NCBI GenBank assembly: GCA_044376405.1
Contig: JBILKZ010000005.1
Span: 1 to 55,035 of the forward strand
Reading direction: 5' to 3'
Source: Pirellulales bacterium
GTDB taxonomy: Bacteria; Planctomycetota; Planctomycetia; Pirellulales; UBA1268
DNA: 55,035 nucleotides
The position numbers and the translations under genes are program-made. This document shows, in pieces, positions 36,395 to 45,913 of this stretch. The notes under the pieces were generated by a model. It did no database searches. It saw nothing but the letters and a program-made list of their open reading frames with translations, and was not told the origin of the DNA. Within the stretch, counting starts at the first letter, position 1, and the number at the start of each line of letters is the position of its first letter.

Positions 36395-38641
36395 TCACGG
36401 CGCGATCGGCCAGCTCGCGCGGCGAGGGTCGGCGTAGGGGCCGATGCGATCCACCGGAATCTCCTCGAAGCCAAGTTTCGCCGCCGGTGAATCGGCCGCG
36501 AGCCGAAAGTTGCCTTTCGTCGCGTCGTTCAGCCGCGGATCAGCGACGATACTCGCGGCGTCGAAACCGAGCTTCTTCCAGGCCGCGAACGAGTCGGCGG
36601 GCTTCGGAGGCATGCCGCCCGGCCACGCTGGCTCCACGGCGACGACGGGCGATGTGGCCACGCCGATTGTGCCGGACGTGCCGCCCATCCAGAAGCAATT
36701 CGAGTCGCAGCGGAAGTGACCCACGGGAAGGTTCTTCATCCGGAAGAGCGGCACCGTGGGATCCGACCAGACGACGACGTTCCGCACGAACTCGTTGCCG
36801 GCCGACGTCGTGCCGTCGGGCAGCACCGCCTCCTGCGGCGACGGGGCGACGCCTGGAATCTCCTTCCAGGCCGCCGCCTTCCGCACCACGTCATGCCGCA
36901 GCTTCATCTCGGATAGCCGCGACAGCCACCGTTGGTCCTGGCTCGTCCAGCCTTCGTACTCGAACTGCGAGCCGATGCCGGCGTCGATCAGCAGGTTACC
37001 GGCCACGCGGCAGTCACGGCCGTTATCGAGCCGGATGCCGGCACGGCCCCCACGCACGACGATGTTGCCGATCACCTCGACCCCAACGGCACCGTGGTCT
37101 GCCGAAATGCCCCAGGCGACGGCCGGCGACCGCCAGGTTCCCGTCTCGTCGCGGCCGAAGCCGACCGCGTTGCGCACGAGGTTGTGCCGCACGACGTTGC
37201 CGCGGCCCGCCACGAAGTCGCCCCCCTCGGCCGAGATGGCGGCGGCCTCGTCGGTCTCTAGGCAGGTCCCCTCCACGCGGTTGAGTTCGACCAGGTGGTC
37301 ATTGCCGGTGAGGATGATCCCCGACCGCGGGCAGTCATGGACGAAATTGCGTGCGGCCGTGGAGCCGAAGCCACCGATGCCGATGCCGGCGCCGTGCTTG
37401 CAGATCACGCCCGTGTGATGCACGTGGTTGTTCTCGGCCCGGTGGTCGGCCCGCTCGCGGCGGTCGAGCCGGCCTCCCGCGAGGATGATGCCGGCTCCGC
37501 CGGTGTAGGCGATGTCGCAGCCGTTGACGAGGTTTTCCTTCCCGTTGACGATCGCCACGCCGGCGCCAAAGTAGCCGCCCACCTGGGACACCGTGCAGCC
37601 GGCGACCGTGCACTTCGTCGCGTCGATGAGAAAAACGGCAGTGCCCTCGCAGCCGTGGAACTCGAGGCCTTCGAGCGTGACGTTCTGCACATACGGCCCG
37701 ATCGTGATGATCGACCGTGCGTTTGGAGCAACCACGCGGAATGTCGCCGGATCAACGTCGCGCGGAGGCCGCACATACAGTTTCGCGTTGGGCTTGTCGT
37801 AGTACCACTCGCCCGGCGCGTCGAGATCCTCTCGCATGCCCTGCACGAAGAACGGATCGCCGGGGCGGACCGGGGCCGAGGTGGCCTCATGGAACCTGAG
37901 TGTGCGGCTGGCTGCGTCGTAGGAGGCTACCCGCACAAGGCTGTTCCACCAGTCGTGGGTCGCGAAGACGCTCACCTCGCCGTCGCTGCCCCGCTTCCAC
38001 GGCCGAGCATCGGCTTCCGCAAGCACGAGGCTCTTGGTTCCGTCCTCGTCGCCGGGATTCGCAGCGGTGCCGCTGGCACTGCCAGCCGCACGGGCCCAGC
38101 CGCCGCCGAGCGGATTCGCCGGATCGACGTTGGGATAGCGGGCCAGCGTGAGCCGTTCCCAGCCCTGCGGCCCGACGTGGAAGAGCTGCTTGAGTGGCAC
38201 GACGTCGATGTCGAGCTCTGGCGGCGGCATGGCGGCCACGAGCGTGTCGGGGTCGTCTGGCGAGGGCGTGAAGCCGCCGACCTCGCGGCCGGCCACGAGC
38301 ACCGCCCGCTCGTCGCGATAGGAGCAGTAGGTGACGGGCAGGTCGGCCAGGCCCGTGTCGTGGGGCAGGATGTTGAACATGCCCTGCAGGAAGTAGGTGC
38401 CCCCGCGTATCTGCACGGTCACCGCCGTCGGCTTCGGTGTTGCCCTCTTGGCCTCGCGGACGGCGTTGCGGGCACGTGTTAGCGTGCCGAATGGACTATC
38501 GAGGGTGCCTGGATTCGCGTCGTCCCCCGTCGGAGCGACGAAAAACTCCACGGCGTCCCCGTCTACCGCGCAGGCAGGTGCCACGGCAGCGAGGAACGCG
38601 GCAGCGAGGAACGCCACGAGTTTGGGAAGGCGATGCTTCAT
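36395..38641 (-). CDS. Secreted right-handed parallel beta-helix repeat protein (polysaccharide-active enzyme fold)
   Basis: Track ORF 36395..39283 trimmed to ATG 38641 (MKHRLPKLVAFLAAAFLAAVAPACA, a signal peptide). FFVAPTGDDANPGTLDSPFGTLTRARNAV is followed by repeated beta-helix turns (GCTVSQVGG..., NNHVHHTG..., NLVRNAVGFG...). Confidence 0.8.
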   Translation of the reverse strand: MKHRLPKLVAFLAAAFLAAVAPACAVDGDAVEFFVAPTGDDANPGTLDSPFGTLTRARNAVREAKRATPKPTAVTVQIRGGTYFLQGMFNILPHDTGLADLPVTYCSYRDERAVLVAGREVGGFTPSPDDPDTLVAAMPPPELDIDVVPLKQLFHVGPQGWERLTLARYPNVDPANPLGGGWARAAGSASGTAANPGDEDGTKSLVLAEADARPWKRGSDGEVSVFATHDWWNSLVRVASYDAASRTLRFHEATSAPVRPGDPFFVQGMREDLDAPGEWYYDKPNAKLYVRPPRDVDPATFRVVAPNARSIITIGPYVQNVTLEGLEFHGCEGTAVFLIDATKCTVAGCTVSQVGGYFGAGVAIVNGKENLVNGCDIAYTGGAGIILAGGRLDRRERADHRAENNHVHHTGVICKHGAGIGIGGFGSTAARNFVHDCPRSGIILTGNDHLVELNRVEGTCLETDEAAAISAEGGDFVAGRGNVVRHNLVRNAVGFGRDETGTWRSPAVAWGISADHGAVGVEVIGNIVVRGGRAGIRLDNGRDCRVAGNLLIDAGIGSQFEYEGWTSQDQRWLSRLSEMKLRHDVVRKAAAWKEIPGVAPSPQEAVLPDGTTSAGNEFVRNVVVWSDPTVPLFRMKNLPVGHFRCDSNCFWMGGTSGTIGVATSPVVAVEPAWPGGMPPKPADSFAAWKKLGFDAASIVADPRLNDATKGNFRLAADSPAAKLGFEEIPVDRIGPYADPRRASWPIAP

Positions 38642-38922
38642 GAGGCGGCAGGCAGTGCGGAGACCTGCAAGAACAAGCCACAACTGCCCGAGTGATGACG
38701 AAACGACGAAAAAATTCCCTCCGGCGGCGGCCGTGGGAGGACGCCTCAACGCCCTCCCATGCAAGCCCGACGCGTCAGCGAGCGAATTAGAGGTCGTCCA
38801 GGTCAGGCCACCCGCATTCCCTTGCTCGCGCTGCGGGCTTGGATGAACAGGCGGTTCCATGCGAGCCCGACGTGCAGAACACTCCGGGCTGCGTCTCGTT
38901 CTCCCGCTCAACGTGCCCCGCC

Positions 38923-39639
38923 TCAGCGGATCGGGCCCCAGATGTCGGCGAGGAGGGTGAAGATGGCCGGATAGTCCGTCTTCAATTCTGCGCGGTTGAA
39001 CGGCTGAAAATCGTTCGAACCGAAGTAGGCCTCGGTCATCTCCGCGAAGAACTCCTTGTGATCGGTGAGGCCGTAGTGCTTCGTGCGGGAGCCGTCGAAC
39101 AGCAGCGTGGACTGACCCCTGCCATCCGCCTTGAAGGCCTCCCAGGCGGCGAGGATGCGTGGCTCGTCGAACCCGAGCACCTGGTCGTGGTAGGCGTGGG
39201 CGAGTTCGTGGAGCACCACCCACGGCTGCTCGTTCACGTTTCGGCGTGTGGCCACGTCGGCGGCTCTCGGCAAATGGACACACTTTTCGAGATCGCGGGG
39301 ATAGCCGTGGGCCTCGAGCCAGTCGCCGCTGGGGTGATACTGCATGGCACGGAGGTCGCCGCAGGACGCGTCGAGGACGATCGTCACCTGTCTGAGGCGT
39401 TCGAGCTTGTCCGTCGGCACGACGATCCTGACATCAGCCAGCTTCGCGGCAAGAAACGCCAGCGCCGCGCGGCCCGTCTCATCGTCGGCGCCTCCGGGCA
39501 GGAGCTGTTCATCGACCCGCACCCGAAACCCTTCGATGCTTTGTTCCATCCGCGACGCAGGCTGATCGGCCGACGCGGTGCTGGCGACAAGGGAACAGAC
39601 GAGGGAGACCAGACACACGAGGAGGAAGAACAGTCGCAT
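38923..39639 (-). CDS. Secreted zincin-like metallopeptidase (HExxH)
   Basis: Signal peptide MRLFFLLVCLVSLVCSLVASTASA. HELAHAYH is followed downstream by EFFAEMTEAYF, a gluzincin/M90-like arrangement. Confidence 0.7.
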   Translation of the reverse strand: MRLFFLLVCLVSLVCSLVASTASADQPASRMEQSIEGFRVRVDEQLLPGGADDETGRAALAFLAAKLADVRIVVPTDKLERLRQVTIVLDASCGDLRAMQYHPSGDWLEAHGYPRDLEKCVHLPRAADVATRRNVNEQPWVVLHELAHAYHDQVLGFDEPRILAAWEAFKADGRGQSTLLFDGSRTKHYGLTDHKEFFAEMTEAYFGSNDFQPFNRAELKTDYPAIFTLLADIWGPIR

Positions 39640-39643
39640 CCTG

Positions 39644-39895
39644 TCATGCTACCGGACCGACAGAGCATTCCAACCGATTGATCCGGTGGTAGGCCCGCAT
39701 GGCATCGTTTGGCGTTCGACAATCGCACCCCACGATGTATTCCCGACAGGCCCGCAGACATGCGTTGCAGGATTTGATGCAGTTGTCCTTGGCGACAAGG
39801 TCGACGTGCACTTCGGCTGCGATTGAAGAATGGCTGGCCAGGCTCACAACGCCGGCCATGGCAACGAGAGCCGCAAGAGCGATAATCCTGTTCAT
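39644..39895 (-). CDS. Small secreted Cys-rich protein (83 aa, 7 Cys)
   Basis: Trimmed to ATG 39895 (MNRIIALAALVAMAGVVSLASHSSIAAE, a signal peptide). The mature part is ...DNCIKSCNACLRACREYIVGCDC...LEC. It ends 4 nt upstream of the zincin start. Confidence 0.55.
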   Translation of the reverse strand: MNRIIALAALVAMAGVVSLASHSSIAAEVHVDLVAKDNCIKSCNACLRACREYIVGCDCRTPNDAMRAYHRINRLECSVGPVA

Positions 39896-40060
39896 GATGA
39901 ATACCTGCATTGAGTGGTGATGGGGTGAGACATACGCGGTCGGCTTGGTCGTGGCACTTTCCGCGCGGCAACCCCAGCCCGTCCAGTCAAGCCGCATTTC
40001 CCGACCACCACGGTACTGCGACAGTCGGATAGACGTCGTCGACGGTGTGGCACCGTGTCA

Positions 40061-40273
40061 TCAGGGAAGATATGTGCCGCAGGATGCGTATTTTTCAAAC
40101 CGATTTGACAGTGCAAAAAACGTCGGTGCCCAGAGGCCGACAAAGATCCCGAACCGCTCGCCGTGCGCGGGATCATTTCCCCTCGCCAAGAACCAGATCG
40201 CTATTGAGGCGGCAATCGAAGCAAAGCCAGCCAAGAAGCACACGGTACTCAAGTACTTGCATGACCTCCACAT
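40061..40273 (-). CDS. Small two-TM membrane protein (70 aa)
   Basis: Two hydrophobic helices (LSTVCFLAGFASIAASIAIWFLA and FGIFVGLWAPTFFAL). It lies in a visibly lower-GC patch. No family recognised. Confidence 0.45.
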   Translation of the reverse strand: MWRSCKYLSTVCFLAGFASIAASIAIWFLARGNDPAHGERFGIFVGLWAPTFFALSNRFEKYASCGTYLP

Positions 40274-40408
40274 AAAAGCCTTCTCTTATAAAGGTCGGGT
40301 TGCATACTTTACAAACGACGTGGCACGCAGCTGACACACTTTCGCAACGGCAGCACCAACGCGCAAGCGAATCCTACGGCCACGGACAAGAGGCCACTCT
40401 CCCGTGGC

Positions 40409-40846
40409 CTAAAACTCCTTGGCGGCCTTCTGGACGGCTTCCCGCAAATCTTCCCAGGCGGACTGAGCGCCCTTCTCCAGATGGCCCCAGGCGCTGCCCG
40501 TGGATCTGCCCAGCTCATCCAACTTCTCTCGGGCCACGTGCTGCTTCGCCTTGAGTTCAGCCAACTGTTTGTCCCACTGCGCTCTGGCCTCATCCTTCAA
40601 GGCGAGCCCCCTTTCGCGGAGCTTGTCGATTTCTGCCTCCATATCCGCGAGGCGGTCCTTGAGCCGCATCTCGAAATCTGCTTTGGATTGTTTGGCAGCA
40701 GCGGTGGCTGTATCGCCAGCCTCTGCCGCGTCGCGGCGGACGTCCTCGATTGGCACTTTGAGCACCGTGTGCTTGACTGGCGCCTCCGTGCAGCCACTGC
40801 CAACCAGAAGAACGGCAGCATTAAGTGGCAACCAAAAGCGGGGCAT
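40409..40846 (-). CDS. Coiled-coil lipoprotein (145 aa)
   Basis: Lipobox LLVGSGC after a signal peptide. The rest is a charged helical sequence (KADFEMRLKDRLADMEAEIDKLRERGLALKDEARAQWDKQLAELKAKQ). Confidence 0.65.
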   Translation of the reverse strand: MPRFWLPLNAAVLLVGSGCTEAPVKHTVLKVPIEDVRRDAAEAGDTATAAAKQSKADFEMRLKDRLADMEAEIDKLRERGLALKDEARAQWDKQLAELKAKQHVAREKLDELGRSTGSAWGHLEKGAQSAWEDLREAVQKAAKEF

Positions 40847-41377
40847 GGGCTCACCTCATGTCGGACGATGAAACGAAGTCCGTGCGCGTCATGTTTTGAC
40901 AGACGTGCTGAAAGCGGCTGGCGTCCTGCACTGAAAGAATAGCTCTCTGCCTGCCTTGCGGCCGCCCCGCCATTCCCGAGGCAGTCTTCCTCCGGGCTGG
41001 AAACAGGACACCTCACGCGACCTGCCAGATGGATGTGGCCACTCCCCGCGGCCATGGCCACCCGCGACGCGGCCGGTAGCGGCGCATGTCCAGCTAACGG
41101 CCCTGAATTGCTGACAAACCGGCTGGTACCACGTTCGGGGCAGCGTTCGAGTCCACCGGCCAGCGTGCAGTGATCGGGGGCATATGATGCCCGGTGGTTC
41201 CCACCCGTTGTTCGGAAACCGCGGAGTGTCCGACCATCGCGATAGCGCCGTGATCAGTAAACCCGGCATGACTGGACGGGCGGCAGGCACCTCGCGCTCA
41301 ATGTCGACACCAAGCCGACTGCCACGAGGCGGTGTTGCCTCACGGTCGGCGAGTCCCAGGCGACGAAGGTGTACCCT

Positions 41378-41590
41378 ATGGTTTCCTATACACAGCCCGA
41401 AGCAGTCGAGCATCATCTTCAGGCGGCTGCTCACCACCAGGTGGCGGCCCATCACCACATGGAGGCGGCACATCATCACGAGCAGGGTGAACATGAGAAG
41501 GCCGAGACCCACACGGCTTCGGCCAAGGCTCACGGCGAAAAAGCGCAGAAAGTATCTGCCGCCATCCACGAGCCATCCCACACTCGATAA
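41378..41590 (+). CDS. Histidine-rich mini-protein (70 aa, 15 His)
   Basis: ATG 41378 with GAAGG 7-8 nt upstream. The sequence is MVSYTQPEAVEHHLQAAAHHQVAAHHHMEAAHHHEQGEHEKAETHTASAKAHGEKAQKVSAAIHEPSHTR. It ends 187 nt upstream of katG on the same strand. Confidence 0.5.
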   Translation: MVSYTQPEAVEHHLQAAAHHQVAAHHHMEAAHHHEQGEHEKAETHTASAKAHGEKAQKVSAAIHEPSHTR

Positions 41591-41768
41591 GCGAGCTTGA
41601 AGGCAGGCACGGCGCGGCATCCGTAGGAACGCGGATGGCCGTGCGGATGCCTGTGGTGGTGACGCGGGCGAGAGAGCTTCTGGAAACACCGCAGTACAAC
41701 CGCCGGCCCGACGAGAGACCGTTCGCCATCGGGTACAATCGCCGCAACGACAGAAGCCACCGACATGA

Positions 41769-43973
<2,205 letters not shown>

Positions 43974-44002
43974 TCCCGCGGCAAGGGACGGCGGCTCGGG
44001 CG

Positions 44003-44625
44003 ATGATGGCGGTCATGATCGCCCTGGGCGCAGGGCTGGCGTCGTGCAACCCGGCCGCATCCGCTGAACTGCGGAAAGTGTCTCCTGTGACATGACGCAT
44101 GCCTGCCGAAGCTGCGCAGTTCGCGAGTTCGGAACGCAGCCTATGCGGAGCGTTCATCCGTCAGGCGAGTGGGCCAGCGGGACTACTGGCGTTCACGTTT
44201 GTCCGCGGCGAACTCGCCGCGTATGGATTCATCGACAGGAGGTTGTGCTTTCAGAAACCACCTCCGACGGCTGAAGGCAGTCCGGCCTCCGGGGCAACCA
44301 AGTAAGCCGCAGGAAACAGGCCCTCGCACATGCCTGTGCACCCGTCACGCTCAGGACATCCCGACAATGCACGCACAAGCTTCTCTTGAAACCGCGCCTT
44401 CAAGCGAAAAGGCGATCCCGCCCGTCGATGAGGTATCTCCTCATCGCTGATGTGAAGAAGATCAAGGATGCCAAGACGGTTGGCGGAACGCAGGTCGATG
44501 TGTCCTATAACATGCTGACAGGCGTGCACATTGGCACAGCCAAAGAGATGGCCCATGTCCAGAACTCGGACATCCACGCGACCAATGGCGTCATTCACGT
44601 CATCGACAAGGTGATCCTGCCGTAG
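44003..44625 (+). pseudogene. Degraded fasciclin (FAS1) lipoprotein gene
   Basis: 44003-44095 encodes a lipoprotein signal MMAVMIALGAGLASCNPAASAELRKVSPVT followed by a stop. Track ORF 44386..44625 ends with the canonical FAS1 C-terminus (...IHATNGVIHVIDKVILP) but lacks the N-terminal half of the domain. No single open frame connects the two pieces. Confidence 0.5.
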
Positions 44626-44680
44626 AGTCCGACCGTCACGAGTGGGGGCGGAACAATCGCTTCCGTCGCACTGTTACGAT

Positions 44681-45913
44681 TCATGCCACGCGGGCGATGA
44701 TGCACTTGAGATACTCGCCCTCGAGGCAGCCCGCGCTCACGGGGTGATCGGGGGCGGCGCCTCGGCATTCGAGCAGCTGGATCGTGCGGCCCGATCGCTG
44801 GGCGACGCCCGCGAGCATGACGAGGAAATCCTCTCGCGACACGGCGCCCGAGCAGCTGTTGGTCACGAGGATGCCACCCGGCTCCAAGAGATCGACCGCC
44901 AGCCTGTTGATGCGGTGGTAGGCCCGCATCGCGTCGTCGAGCGAGGCACGGCTCCGCGCGAACTTCGGCGGGTCGAGGATCACCATGCCGAAATGGTCGC
45001 CAGCCGTTTTGAGGGCGGCGAGTTTCTCGAATGCGTCGGCGGTTTCGACGGCGACGTTGGCGGCACCGTTCAGGTCGGCGTTGGCTTTGGCCAATGCCGT
45101 CGCCTTCGCGCTTGAATCAACGGCCAGCACGCTCCGCGCCCCGCCGCTCACGGCGCAGGCCGTCGCGAAGCCGCCGGAATAGCAGAACATGTCGAGCACC
45201 CGGCGGCCGCGGGCAAACCTGGCAGCCGCCTGACGGTTGTCCCGCTGGTCGAGATAGAAGCCGGTCTTCTGACCTTCGGTGAGGTCAACGCCGAACTTGA
45301 GGCCATGCTCCGTCACGAAGATCGGACCCGAGGGGGCGGTTCCTCTGACGAGACGGTCGGGCAGATGCAGGCCCTCGAGCTTCGCGAGGCCGCGTTCTGC
45401 GCCACGCAGGAGGATGCCCTTCGGTGCCACGAGCGATTCGAGGGCGTCGCAGATCGTGTCGAGCCGGTGCGACATCGCCAGCGCCGTGACCTGCACGGAG
45501 AGCCATTCGCCGTAGCGGTCGACGATCAGACCGGAGAGGTCGTCCCCCTCGCTGTTGACCAAGCGGGTGGCACCGCCGACGTCGCCGAGGCCGAGCGACT
45601 GCCGCAGCGCCACTGCCGACGCGATCCGCGATTTCCAGAGGCCGTCGTCGAGGCGGGTGGCGGCATCGAAGGCGTAAAGCCGCACACGCAACTTGCTCGA
45701 CGAATTCCAGAGCCCGCGGGCCACGAACGTGCCGTCGTGGGTGGCGAGATCGACCACGTCGCCGTCAGCAGGCGTGCCATCGACGCGGAGCACCGCCGTG
45801 TCGAGCACCCAAGGATGCCGTCCGAAGAAGGGGCGGGCCCGCTTGGGCTTGAGCACCACCGTCGCCGCGGGCAGGCCGGCCGCCGCAGACGGCTGGCTGG
45901 ATGACTCAGGCAT
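44681..45913 (-). CDS. Class I SAM-dependent rRNA methyltransferase, RlmI/YccW-like (PUA-like N-terminus)
   Basis: Trimmed to ATG 45913, overlapping the upstream gene by 8 nt. VVLKPKRARPFFGRHPWVLDTAV...DVVDLATHDGTFVARGLWN...VLDMFCYSGGFA...ILDPPKFARS...AMRAYHRINRLAVDLLEPGGILVTNSCS. Confidence 0.85.
   Translation of the reverse strand: MPESSSQPSAAAGLPAATVVLKPKRARPFFGRHPWVLDTAVLRVDGTPADGDVVDLATHDGTFVARGLWNSSSKLRVRLYAFDAATRLDDGLWKSRIASAVALRQSLGLGDVGGATRLVNSEGDDLSGLIVDRYGEWLSVQVTALAMSHRLDTICDALESLVAPKGILLRGAERGLAKLEGLHLPDRLVRGTAPSGPIFVTEHGLKFGVDLTEGQKTGFYLDQRDNRQAAARFARGRRVLDMFCYSGGFATACAVSGGARSVLAVDSSAKATALAKANADLNGAANVAVETADAFEKLAALKTAGDHFGMVILDPPKFARSRASLDDAMRAYHRINRLAVDLLEPGGILVTNSCSGAVSREDFLVMLAGVAQRSGRTIQLLECRGAAPDHPVSAGCLEGEYLKCIIARVA

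Noticed and set aside
36395-39283. Full 962-aa version of the beta-helix ORF, and the full-length versions of ORFs 14606..16180, 22545..23429, 27610..28386, 30382..32406 and 20572..22659
   Set aside because: The N-terminal extensions are Arg/Pro-rich, overlap the neighbouring genes and precede obvious signal peptides or family N-termini. They were trimmed to the internal starts given in the feature list.
41145-41154. GTTCGAGTCC, a tRNA T-loop-like string that could mark a tRNA or an island attachment site
   Set aside because: The flanking bases (CAGCG / CACC) do not form a T-stem, and no acceptor or anticodon arms can be drawn. It is most likely a chance match.
44092-44305. ORFs 44092..44274 and 44099..44305 as real genes downstream of katG
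   Set aside because: They are short and mutually overlapping, with no motifs. They sit between the two recognisable fragments of the fasciclin remnant, so they were treated as part of the degraded gene.
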